Below, piece after piece: positions 19,593 through 28,170 of a stretch of 55,876 nucleotides of DNA. Both the position numbers and the translations under genes were made by a program. The DNA is taken from assembly GCA_964196535.1 (NCBI GenBank), contig CAXMUG010000083.1, positions 1-55,876 on the forward strand. Direction: 5' to 3'. How positions within the stretch are numbered: the stretch's first letter is position 1; each line of letters opens with the position of its first letter. This stretch comes from an uncultured Mycobacterium sp. (GTDB lineage: Bacteria > Pseudomonadota > Gammaproteobacteria > UBA4575). The notes beneath the pieces were generated by a model. It saw nothing but the letters and a program-made list of their open reading frames with translations, did no database searches and was not told the origin of the DNA.

Positions 19593-20570
19593 TTATATGT
19601 TCACATTGCTATTGATGAATTCTGCCAGCTTCTCTGTTTCAGGATAATTGTTCGCGACAGATTTTATATAGTTTAATGTGCGAGGAATATCATCTAAATA
19701 GTTTGGCTTGTTATCTCTAATATTAAGGCGAGAAAATATACCTACCGCTTTAAGGTGGCGTTGAATTCCCATTAAGTCAAACCATTGTATAAATGTTTGT
19801 TCACTCACCTCGCTAATAATACCGCAAGCAACAGCTTTGTTATGGAAAGCTAATGCTAATTCTTTTACCTTCTTATCAGGCCAATTGATGTAACAGTCAC
19901 GCAATAAAGAAACAAGATCATAGGTGACGGGCCCCAGTACTGCGTCTTGGTAGTCTATGATTCCAGGGTATTTATCATCAATATTCATCAAGTTGCGTGA
20001 ATGATAGTCACGATGCACAAAAACCTGGGGCTGCTCTGTAGCATTTTTATTTAAAATTTTAAAAGTCTCGCTGAGCAAGTTGTTGTCATTTTCGCTGACT
20101 TGTAATTTTAATTGTTTAATGAGAAACCATTCTCTAAACAATTCCATTTCTTGCGCCAATAGCCTTTCATCATAAACAGGCAAGTTAGTTGCTTCTGTCT
20201 TTTGAATTAGTATCAGTGCATTAAGGGCTTTTTGATAAAGTCCTTCAGCATTTTCTGTGGTGAGCGCATTAAGTAATAAGTCATCACCCAAGTCACTTAA
20301 CAAAAAAAATCCAAAATCTAAAGAACTGTAGTGAATATGTGGTACAGGTAGGCCTTCTGCTCCCAATAAATGCGTTACATTCACAAATGCATCGTTGCTT
20401 TCTTTTTCAGGCGGTGAATCCACCGCAATGAACTGGGCCTGTGGAGTGATTAAGCGAAAATAACGTCGGAAACTTGCATCACCAGAAACAGCATCCAGAG
20501 AGTATTCAATATTCCCTAGGATTTCTTTTATCCACTCATGCAATTGAGTAAGACGAGGGTCTGAATTCAT
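19593..20570 (-). CDS. amgK: Aminoglycoside-phosphotransferase-fold kinase, anomeric MurNAc/GlcNAc kinase-like
   Basis: The 325-aa ORF has an APH/choline-kinase-type catalytic region (VFVHRDYHSRNLM...IIDYQDA). It is paired with the murU-like gene across an 8-nt gap. Confidence 0.75.
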   Translation of the reverse strand: MNSDPRLTQLHEWIKEILGNIEYSLDAVSGDASFRRYFRLITPQAQFIAVDSPPEKESNDAFVNVTHLLGAEGLPVPHIHYSSLDFGFFLLSDLGDDLLLNALTTENAEGLYQKALNALILIQKTEATNLPVYDERLLAQEMELFREWFLIKQLKLQVSENDNNLLSETFKILNKNATEQPQVFVHRDYHSRNLMNIDDKYPGIIDYQDAVLGPVTYDLVSLLRDCYINWPDKKVKELALAFHNKAVACGIISEVSEQTFIQWFDLMGIQRHLKAVGIFSRLNIRDNKPNYLDDIPRTLNYIKSVANNYPETEKLAEFINSNVNI

Positions 20571-20622
20571 ATTTTATAATTTGATATATATTCTAGCTAC
20601 CAGCCGCAGAGTATACGTTTAG

Positions 20623-20934
20623 TTATTTTTTTGTTAAAGCCTGGTAGGCAATATAAGCAATATACAAAAATATGATTATATTCAAAACAAAAAAACCTAG
20701 TGTTGCGCTGCTATTTTCAACCATTCTCCAAGCTCCAATAGGCACTACAATTGCTAGGCCTAATGATACTACCGCTATGCGATGCGTATGTCGGTCACTA
20801 AATATGCTGAGGAGAAATAGCACATGTGCCACGACGATGGTTTTAACTAAAAATTGATTATAGAAAAAGAATTGTAAGGCTGACGCTACGATTAAAATTA
20901 CAGCAACTACTCTTAATGATCTAGTAAGAGGCAT
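20623..20934 (-). CDS. Hypothetical small integral membrane protein (3 predicted TM segments)
   Basis: The 103-aa ORF is hydrophobic and lies 1 nt downstream of tag. I recognise no family. Confidence 0.5.
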   Translation of the reverse strand: MPLTRSLRVVAVILIVASALQFFFYNQFLVKTIVVAHVLFLLSIFSDRHTHRIAVVSLGLAIVVPIGAWRMVENSSATLGFFVLNIIIFLYIAYIAYQALTKK

Positions 20935-20935
20935 C

Positions 20936-21505
20936 TTAAATTAGCTTTTTAACGGTTTTGTAGCGAAAACAATCAACCGAATGGTCGTTAACCATACCAA
21001 CGGCTTGCATATAGGCATAACAAATAGTGGTGCCAACAAACTTAAATCCACGCTTTTTTAAATCTTTACACATCAAGTCAGATTCTGTCGTGCTGACAGG
21101 TACTCGAGATGCACTTTTCCATGCATTTTGAATCGGCTTGCCATTTACAAATTGCCAAATATAGTTATTAAAGCTTTTGAATTCTTGTTTTGTTTCTAAG
21201 AAAGCTTTGGCATTTGTAACCGCTGAGTTTACTTTAAGCTTGTTGCGAACAATTTCAGGATTCAGTAGTAGCGTGGCTACTTTATTTTTTGAATAGCGTG
21301 CAATCTTTTGAGCATCAAAGTTATCAAAGGCTTTTCGATAGCCTTCACGTTTATTTAAAATAGTAGACCAGCTTAAACCTGCTTGCGCACCTTCTAGTAT
21401 TAAGAACTCAAATAAAAGTCGATCATCGTGGAGCGGAGCACCCCATTCTTCATCATGGTATTTTTCTTCTGAGGGACTAGCTTGAGCCCAGATGCAACGT
21501 TTCAT
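20936..21505 (-). CDS. tag: DNA-3-methyladenine glycosylase I
   Basis: The 189-aa ORF has the Tag signature throughout (RCIWA...YHDEEWGAP..DDRLLFEFLILEGAQAGLSWSTIL...). Confidence 0.92.
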   Translation of the reverse strand: MKRCIWAQASPSEEKYHDEEWGAPLHDDRLLFEFLILEGAQAGLSWSTILNKREGYRKAFDNFDAQKIARYSKNKVATLLLNPEIVRNKLKVNSAVTNAKAFLETKQEFKSFNNYIWQFVNGKPIQNAWKSASRVPVSTTESDLMCKDLKKRGFKFVGTTICYAYMQAVGMVNDHSVDCFRYKTVKKLI

Positions 21506-21710
21506 CGATATTGCTTATTTATTTGGTGAATATAGTCTAATTTATTCACGTATCCGCTGATAGTGCTATGTAAGAATTCTGGAAATTTAAATGCCATAAA
21601 GTTGACATAAGCGAGTTGCATGTTAATTTTTAACGTTATAATTGTACGTCGGGAAAATAAAATAAACCTACATACCGGTTTACAAAAATCAATATATTAG
21701 GAGAGACACT

Positions 21711-22259
21711 ATGTCACAGGAAACCGTAAAAACAGCTGTCGATAGTTTAGCAGCGGCGATTACAGATAATCCAAAATCTGCGCAATTGAAATATAGTGCA
21801 GAAGTAACTTGGGATGGTGATGTTCACTGCACATCTCGAGTGCGTAATCTTCCAGCCGTTCCAGTAGATGAGCCTGCAGCATTTGGTGGTGGTGATGCTG
21901 CGCAAAGTCCAGGTGATTTAATTCTTACTGCTTTAGGAACGTGCCAAGGGATTATGTACGCTGCATTAGCCTCTGCAATGGGGATTGAGTTGAGGTCTTA
22001 TAAAGTTAAACTTGAAGGTAATCTTGATTTACATGGTTTATTTGGAATGGGTGCAGATAAAGGAATTCCGCCAGGTTTTCAAGATCTTTCTTTTGAATCT
22101 ATTATAGAAAGTCCAGCGAGTGATGAGGAACTAAAACAGTTGGTGGATGCTGTAGAAGCACAGTGTCCAATTCTAGATACGTTAGTGCGATCTATTCCGG
22201 TTGCAGGCACAGCAACAATTAATGGTAAGCCTGGCTATATATCTGCAAAAGCGGCATAA
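21711..22259 (+). CDS. OsmC/Ohr-family protein
   Basis: The 182-aa ORF has the OsmC-type pattern with two conserved Cys contexts (LGTCQGIMY, EAQCPILDTL). A good RBS (AGGAGA) lies upstream of the ATG. Confidence 0.85.
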   Translation: MSQETVKTAVDSLAAAITDNPKSAQLKYSAEVTWDGDVHCTSRVRNLPAVPVDEPAAFGGGDAAQSPGDLILTALGTCQGIMYAALASAMGIELRSYKVKLEGNLDLHGLFGMGADKGIPPGFQDLSFESIIESPASDEELKQLVDAVEAQCPILDTLVRSIPVAGTATINGKPGYISAKAA

Positions 22260-22272
22260 AATCTGTATAAAA

Positions 22273-22307
22273 TAGAGGTGCAATTTCGTTGTACCTCTAT
22301 CTTTTTA
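22273..22307 (+). terminator. Rho-independent terminator after the OsmC-family gene
   Basis: The stem TAGAGGTGCAA / TTGTACCTCTA contains one G-U pair and is followed by CTTTTT. Confidence 0.7.
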
Positions 22308-22347
22308 ATTACACCTTGATAGTCTTTAAGGACTACTTTGAACGTTT

Positions 22348-22797
22348 ATGCATCCAGTTTTAATTTATGCAATATTATTTATTGTAGTCACCACGAGTTT
22401 GTTATTTGTATTTGAAAAATATCAATTTGATTCGGTTTATATTTTGTTACTAATTTCCTCAGCAATTACTTTTATTGTAGGCAAAGCGCTGACTAAGATG
22501 TTTCCTTCAGAAGATCCTATGCAGGATGAAATAGAGAAAGAAAATCTAAAAGTACGTGCGAATCAATATCAGCGTGAAATTCGATGTTTATTCAATATTG
22601 TCCAGCCAGACCCTAAGTTTCAACCTAGTCCTAGAAGACTAGGGGAAAGTTTAGATGATTGCTTTGATCTGAGCATGGATGAAATGAACGCGCGCCTTAA
22701 ATTATATTTTGGTGATTCATTTAATATTGATATAAATCAGCCTCTGCCAGAGATGGTTGAAGAAATGAAACATCAATATAAGGATTGGTTGTCTTAA
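22348..22797 (+). CDS. Hypothetical membrane-anchored protein (2 N-terminal TM segments plus a soluble domain)
   Basis: This is a 149-aa ORF with no recognisable motif. Confidence 0.5.
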   Translation: MHPVLIYAILFIVVTTSLLFVFEKYQFDSVYILLLISSAITFIVGKALTKMFPSEDPMQDEIEKENLKVRANQYQREIRCLFNIVQPDPKFQPSPRRLGESLDDCFDLSMDEMNARLKLYFGDSFNIDINQPLPEMVEEMKHQYKDWLS

Positions 22798-22813
22798 TTA
22801 TCTTATAAAGTTA

Positions 22814-23134
22814 TTACACGGCAGACACTATTTCGCGTTGAGTCTTTTTGGTTGTATAAAAAGGTGGTGATGAGTGTAGTAAGCCAGATTTTGCAGTAAC
22901 TAAAATATCCGTGTCGTTGCTGCAATGAAATAGTACTTGATCTTCAGCTATGGGCTCATGATTTTCAAGTAAAACGGTAGAGTAAGTATGGTCAATATGT
23001 TTTTTGTATAAAACAGTTAAGTCTTTTGATAGCAGGATAAATTCTTGTGACTCTTTATAAGGGCAATCCCAGGAAGTAACAATTAGATATAAGTCCTTAT
23101 ACGCATATTGTGCACCAATCATAAAGCCTGGCAC
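22814..23134 (-). CDS. Hypothetical protein, possibly the 3' part of a frameshifted gene that starts at 23238
   Basis: The 106-aa ORF has a GTG start and no convincing RBS. A strong AAGGAG-N6-ATG lies at 23238 in another reading frame (see findings). Confidence 0.4.
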   Translation of the reverse strand: MPGFMIGAQYAYKDLYLIVTSWDCPYKESQEFILLSKDLTVLYKKHIDHTYSTVLLENHEPIAEDQVLFHCSNDTDILVTAKSGLLHSSPPFYTTKKTQREIVSAV

Positions 23135-23321
23135 ATATTTTCCAGTACGTTTGCCATTTATAATTAATTCAGAGCATAGGCTCTATGTTTCATAAGGGCC
23201 GAGCTGTTGTTTGAATGAGAAAATAGATATTTCTTTCATGTTTGTCTCCTTAAGGTTCGATTGCATTTCCAATCTGTTTACCAGGATGTAATGGCAGCAA
23301 AAGAAATGATGGTAAGTTCAA

Positions 23322-23762
23322 TCAGTGCTGTCCAATGTAGAAAGTAATTCCATAGCCAATAACTATGGTGTGTAGGAATAGAAAAATATTGATATATGAA
23401 TTTTGAATAGGATATAGCCACTTAATGCCTCCGCTTGCGATGGTATCCAGTGATAGATGAAGCAAGATGCATCCTATAAATATAGTTGCAGCGGCTACAA
23501 GAAAGCGGGATTTAATTATCGCTGCAATGCAGTAGCAAAACCCTAATGAACTAATCCAGTAAAATGGAATGTGAGTCCAATAACTGTGGTGTCCATGCTG
23601 TCGATTATCGATTAAATAAAAATACAACATGTCTAGGTCGGGAAAGATGCTTCCCGATAAACCTAGAAGTAACAGCCATTTAGTTTTAGAGGGATCTAGC
23701 TGGAATTGCGGAAGCAGAAATTTGCTAACCATATAACCGGCAGGCATATGTGCCAAAAACAT
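23322..23762 (-). CDS. Membrane-bound metal-dependent hydrolase, YdjM/DUF457-like
   Basis: The 146-aa polytopic ORF has His-rich motifs typical of the family (DLDMLYFY..., RQHGHHSYWTHIPFYW). Confidence 0.65.
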   Translation of the reverse strand: MFLAHMPAGYMVSKFLLPQFQLDPSKTKWLLLLGLSGSIFPDLDMLYFYLIDNRQHGHHSYWTHIPFYWISSLGFCYCIAAIIKSRFLVAAATIFIGCILLHLSLDTIASGGIKWLYPIQNSYINIFLFLHTIVIGYGITFYIGQH

Positions 23763-23867
23763 TTGAAGCTCCTAGTATTTAGTGAGCTTCGAATTAAACA
23801 GCCTAATTATGGTGGGAAAATGGCGTGCTTATAGCAATACCATGGAAATTTCTTTCCAGATGATTGT

Positions 23868-24110
23868 TTAGGCTCGCTTAATTATTTTCTTAAGAGCTTT
23901 TTGGTAAGCGAAATAAAATAACAAGACCCATGGCGAACCATGCAAAAAGAAATCGAACCAATCTACTGGTTGCATTCCTTCTGCGCCGGTGAAAATCCAT
24001 TTTAGTTTTCCCCAGATGTGGGGTTCGGGAGTGTAGGGCATAAGCCCCAGCGTTAAGGCAAGGATTAGCCAAAACACTGGGTTAAATATGAAGTTAGATT
24101 TCTTCTCCAC
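23868..24110 (-). CDS. Hypothetical small membrane protein (80 aa, 2 TM segments)
   Basis: Its GTG start overlaps the TAG stop of the upstream CSD gene by 1 nt (TAGTG), which suggests translational coupling. Confidence 0.55.
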   Translation of the reverse strand: MEKKSNFIFNPVFWLILALTLGLMPYTPEPHIWGKLKWIFTGAEGMQPVDWFDFFLHGSPWVLLFYFAYQKALKKIIKRA

Positions 24111-24535
24111 TATAGTGGACTAACATTTTCCGCTTGTAGGCCTTTGTCACCATCGACAATATCCATTAACACTTTTTGACCTTCGCGAAGTGATTTGCGA
24201 CCTGTTCCAATAATGGAACGGTGATGAACAAAAACATCTTCACCATTTTCTTGCTCGATAAAGCCAAAGCCTTTTTTGTAGTTAAACCATTTAACTGTGC
24301 CCGAAGTTTGATTTGAGCTTGGGCGAGCAGCAGTTGCTTTTGCTTTTCTTGGTCTGCTTGATACTTTTCTGGCTAGATTTTTGATTAAAGTTAAAACGAT
24401 CGCTAATGCTAATAAACCGCCAGCAATCTTAAGAGCGGTGTTGATAGGTTGAAAAGGCATATTTTCAGTAAACATGGTAAGGATGACGCCTAAAAGAATA
24501 CCTAGGCTAGTTAATATTTTTGAATCGATCTTCAT
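24110..24535 (-). CDS. Membrane-anchored cold-shock-domain protein
   Basis: The C-terminal CSD carries RNP1 (KGFGFI) and RNP2 (VFVHH). It is preceded by two TM segments and a basic linker ([19 protein letters not shown]). Confidence 0.85.
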   Translation of the reverse strand: MKIDSKILTSLGILLGVILTMFTENMPFQPINTALKIAGGLLALAIVLTLIKNLARKVSSRPRKAKATAARPSSNQTSGTVKWFNYKKGFGFIEQENGEDVFVHHRSIIGTGRKSLREGQKVLMDIVDGDKGLQAENVSPL

Positions 24536-24642
24536 GATTCTCTTCGCTCTCCCTGATGTAATGTATTATTGTGATGTTTGGAGTATGTTTCCAGCGTTGA
24601 TTATAATCACTTAGCACTGGGGCGTAAGCCCCTCCGTCATGG

Positions 24643-25956
24643 CTATACCGCTTTGCTATAAGCCTTTGAATTCCGCTGATAATTGTATAAAGATCTCTTT
24701 TTCATGGGTAGAGACTCTATTTTAGTGGTTTTAAAGCCATGCTCGCGAAACCAATGAGAGGTTTGTGTGGTGAGCACAAAGAGCAGATTGGCTCCAGCTG
24801 CTGAGGACTTCTTTTCTAAATGGGTAAGCATTTTGCTGCCTCTACCATTTGATTGGTATTCTGGATGCACTGCAAGGCAGGCTACTTCTGCTGCATTTTC
24901 TTCAGTGAACACTTGTAGAGCACCACAGGCAAGCACCATGCCATCACGCTCGATGACATCAAAGCTCTCAATTTCCAATTCCAGCTGTTCGCGTGTACGT
25001 GACAATAAAGCACCATTGTCTATCAGTGGTTGAATAAGCTCAGTAATTCCGCCTACATCATTGATGGTAGCGGGTCGAATTTCATCATACGTTTCAGCAG
25101 TAACTAAGGTTGCAACACCGTCTAGGGTGTAAAGCTCTTCTAATAAAGCTCCAGGTTTAGATGCGTCGAGTAAATGCACGCGTTTTACATCTTCTAAACA
25201 AGCTTGTATCGCAACATCAAGATATCCTTTGAGCTGTTGTTTACTTTTTGGTAACTTTTTAACAAGTTCTTTTGCTTCGTTAACATTATAATGGTTGTCA
25301 CTTTGTTTTTTATTGCCAGGCGCAATAAATTTATCCAGCAAAAGAATCAGTTTCTCGCATTGTAGAGAGCATGCAACATGTTTAGCTACTTCGATGCTGG
25401 TTAAGTTAAAAATATCTCCAGTCTTGGAGTAACCTAAAGGCAACATCAAGACAATGTTGTTTGCATCCAGTTGCTTCTGAATTTCATCGGCGACAACGCT
25501 GCGTACTTCCCCAGTATGTTGGTAGTCCACACCATTGCGTATACCTACGGGTTTTGCGCGCACATAGTTACCGCTGACTACATTCAGCTTCATGCCGGAC
25601 ATTGGAGTATTGATCAGGCCAATAGAAAAAAGTGCTTCTATATCGGTCTTAATGCTGCCCGCAACTTCTTTAATGGCATGCAGCGTTTTTGTATCGGTGA
25701 TGCGCCAATTATTCTCAAATGAACTGGCTGACTGTTTGCCAAGTTTTTTATCTATATGAGTGCGTAGGCCTAACACTAAAACTAGCTTTACTCCTAAGGT
25801 ATGTACGAGTGCTAGATCATGTATAAGAGAGGCGGTATTTTTATTTGCTAATAAAGCATCATTTATACAAAGCACAAACGTCTTGCCACGATGCGCATAA
25901 ATATATGGCGTGGCCTGTCGAAAGCTTTCTAGCTGGAATGTTGAATCTTTTGGCAC
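24643..25956 (-). CDS. argA: Amino-acid N-acetyltransferase (N-acetylglutamate synthase)
   Basis: The 437-aa ORF has an N-terminal amino-acid-kinase-like domain and a C-terminal GNAT domain (VACLAVHPEYQSNGRGSKML). Confidence 0.92.
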   Translation of the reverse strand: MPKDSTFQLESFRQATPYIYAHRGKTFVLCINDALLANKNTASLIHDLALVHTLGVKLVLVLGLRTHIDKKLGKQSASSFENNWRITDTKTLHAIKEVAGSIKTDIEALFSIGLINTPMSGMKLNVVSGNYVRAKPVGIRNGVDYQHTGEVRSVVADEIQKQLDANNIVLMLPLGYSKTGDIFNLTSIEVAKHVACSLQCEKLILLLDKFIAPGNKKQSDNHYNVNEAKELVKKLPKSKQQLKGYLDVAIQACLEDVKRVHLLDASKPGALLEELYTLDGVATLVTAETYDEIRPATINDVGGITELIQPLIDNGALLSRTREQLELEIESFDVIERDGMVLACGALQVFTEENAAEVACLAVHPEYQSNGRGSKMLTHLEKKSSAAGANLLFVLTTQTSHWFREHGFKTTKIESLPMKKRSLYNYQRNSKAYSKAV

Positions 25957-26179
25957 GGCTAAATATGGTTAAAATTATCTATAATTAATTTGTAAGGTAC
26001 TAGTTAAGCCTATGAATTCACATAGGTTATCGCATTAATCTTTTGCTATCTTAGACCTCATTAGGACCTTATAATAGGCGAAGAGAATTTGTCTACGGTA
26101 GCGCTATTTTACTAGCTGGTCGAATTTTATACACATAATCCTATAACCACCAATATAGTCAAATTATTGAGAATTAAGA

Positions 26180-26875
26180 ATGCGAAAAATACAGCTAATT
26201 AATGCTGGCATATGTATAGCAGTAATGCTTTTCATCAGTCCCATCAGCTTTGCAGGAGGAGAGACTATTAAATCTCCCATCCTAGATAGAGTTAAAGTGC
26301 TGCATAAGGTGCCTGAGAATTTAGACAGCCTAAGTCTGCAGCAGTTACATGCAGAGCGTGAAACTCGTCAGCGAGATCTTGAAGTAATTCGCCAAGCAAG
26401 TGATGAGCCCGAAGTGGCTAAGCAGCAGTTGTTGGAAGCTATTATGGCTCACGACGATGTACGCTTAAAAATCGCAGAAGTTATTCCTGTAATGGTTGAA
26501 GATTATAAAATAGAAGGAGAATTTCGTGATTCATTGATGGGGTATAGTAATACCTTTAACGTAGATATGCGTGAAGCACGCAAGGATGTGCATTCAATTA
26601 ACGATTATAAATCCTATGATTTTCGTTTTGCAGCGGTTTATATGTCTATGATGTTTAAATTTAATGAAAACCCCGAGTTTCATAAAAGATTAGTTTCAGA
26701 TATGCAGGATTCGGATACCGCTATTGGTAGTTATCGAAAAGAGTTAGATGAATCTTATGCCAAGGTTGAGCATGATAAGTATCTAATTCAAAATATTTAT
26801 TCTGTTAATGAATTGGAACAAGCAATTGCTGCGATTGATGAGGAAATTTCAAAGCGAAAACAAGCAGAATTATAA
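26180..26875 (+). CDS. Hypothetical secreted coiled-coil protein
   Basis: The 231-aa ORF has a signal peptide (AVMLFISPISFAGG) and charged helical sequence. I recognise no family. Confidence 0.55.
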   Translation: MRKIQLINAGICIAVMLFISPISFAGGETIKSPILDRVKVLHKVPENLDSLSLQQLHAERETRQRDLEVIRQASDEPEVAKQQLLEAIMAHDDVRLKIAEVIPVMVEDYKIEGEFRDSLMGYSNTFNVDMREARKDVHSINDYKSYDFRFAAVYMSMMFKFNENPEFHKRLVSDMQDSDTAIGSYRKELDESYAKVEHDKYLIQNIYSVNELEQAIAAIDEEISKRKQAEL

Positions 26876-26936
26876 AACTTAATATAATATTAAGATTAAG
26901 CAGTAGGCTTAATTTTTTTATACTGAGGTGTTGGGT

Positions 26937-27353
26937 ATGAATAAATTAAAGTATATATGTATATGGCCGATGTCATTAATAATGACATCGACTTTATTGT
27001 GTCTAAGCATTGCAGGAGCGGAAGAAACTTCTGAGGCACAACCTCCGCCTGAAATCGTTATCGATGCACCACCTCCTACTCAGTCACCTGTAAAGCTAGA
27101 TGCAGATGGATATGAAACCATTACTATCTACGAATCAAAAGTGTTGCCAGGTTTCCGTCCGTGTACAACTGAAGATTATCGAAACCGAGATACTGACCCA
27201 GTAGCATGTCAAGACGAAGAGGCTTCTCGTGTGATGTCTACACGCAATAAACAGGCTGTATCAGATGATCTAATTGTTGAAGATGATGCGGTACCGCAAG
27301 GAAATATTTTCAAATTAAAGTTTGAGCGTTTCAAGAAAAAGAAGACTAATTAA
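26937..27353 (+). CDS. Hypothetical secreted acidic protein
   Basis: I prefer the ATG at 26937 (MNKLKY...). The ORF has a signal peptide (LLCLSIAGAEE) and a Pro/acidic-rich mature part ending in KKKKTN. Confidence 0.5.
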   Translation: MNKLKYICIWPMSLIMTSTLLCLSIAGAEETSEAQPPPEIVIDAPPPTQSPVKLDADGYETITIYESKVLPGFRPCTTEDYRNRDTDPVACQDEEASRVMSTRNKQAVSDDLIVEDDAVPQGNIFKLKFERFKKKKTN

Positions 27354-27441
27354 GTAGTACTGTTCTTTTTGGCCCACAAGAATTTTAATTTGCAATCACG
27401 ATATTTGGAGCATAAATAGCTCACTTATAATCTTGGTGGAT

Positions 27442-27475
27442 TTGCTCCCAACAGCTTGCTGGGAGCAATGTTTTA
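27442..27475 (+). terminator. Rho-independent terminator
   Basis: A 9-bp stem (TTGCTCCCA / TGGGAGCAA) with a 9-nt loop is followed by TGTTTT. Confidence 0.65.
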
Positions 27476-27478
27476 CTT

Positions 27479-27733
27479 CTAGGGCCGGTAAGATTCAAAA
27501 GTCGCGTCTATATTGGTATGAAATATATGGTTTGAGCAATTACTCAAAGTCTTCACTGAAATTGCCAAAATGATTTCCAGGATTTGTTGCTCTTGATAAC
27601 CAGCGCTCAGAAATTTTTGCGCGTCTACTTTATTGATCAAGCCACGGGTTTCAAGCAACCGCAGAGTAATTTCGGTGAGAGCTTGCAGCTTCGCATCGGC
27701 TAAAGGCTCACCTGTGCGAATCGCCGCGAGCAA
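27479..27733 (-). pseudogene. C-terminal fragment of a carboxymuconolactone-decarboxylase (AhpD-like) family gene
   Basis: Only the roughly 84-aa C-terminal CMD-like part is present (LAAIRTGEPLADAKLQALTEI...AGYQEQQILEIILAISV). The N-terminal half, where the catalytic Cys motif would be expected, is absent. The reading frame ends at the junction near 27734. Confidence 0.55.
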
Positions 27734-27736
27734 GGA

Positions 27737-28084
27737 AGAATATTAGAAAACTATCATTGGCCAGGAAATATCCGAGAATCACAACATGTCATCACAAGAG
27801 CTGCAATTCTTTCTACTGGTAAAAAGCTACAATTAGATCCAGCACATTTTCAAACAGAAACCGAAGAAAAAAGTGAAAGCACAAAATCAACTAAGACTTT
27901 ACCAGAGTCTAAATTCTTAACGATTAATGAATTTAAGCAGCTTGAAAAAGAAAACATCATTGCTGCTTTAAAGCATAGTGGTTGGCGTGTATCTGGTAAA
28001 AGTGGAGCTGCAGACTTATTAGGTATTAAACCCACAACACTTGCACATCAAATGAAAAAATTAAAAATACAGAAGCCTGAATAA
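27737..28084 (+). pseudogene. C-terminal fragment of a sigma-54-dependent (NtrC-family) transcriptional activator
   Basis: The frame reads ...ILENYHWPGNIRESQHVITRAAILS...AADLLGIKPTTLAHQMKKLKIQKPE*. That is the end of the AAA+ domain plus the Fis-type HTH. There is no Walker A/B motif, GAFTGA loop, receiver domain or start codon. Confidence 0.75.
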
Positions 28085-28170
28085 CTGCTAACGAACCAAA
28101 GCGGACATTAGGCGCAGCACTTAAACATATTTTAAATAATAACTTGGGTTAAATACCTATAAAATAAGAT

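Noticed and set aside
21602-21642. TTGACA (21602-21607) or TTGCAT (21616-21621) with TATAAT (21637-21642) could form the osmC-family promoter.
   Set aside because: The spacers are 29 nt and 15 nt respectively, both outside the optimal 16-18 nt. The region is AT-rich, so hexamer matches are cheap. This is too uncertain to list as a feature.
23183-23185. I first read the TAG upstream of the 106-aa ORF as an in-frame amber codon inside a gene starting at 23238 (nonsense mutation or recoding).
   Set aside because: Recounting base by base showed that the ATG at 23238 is in a different frame from the TAG and from the 106-aa ORF. The correct description is a frame difference (see the frameshift/leader finding), not stop-codon read-through.
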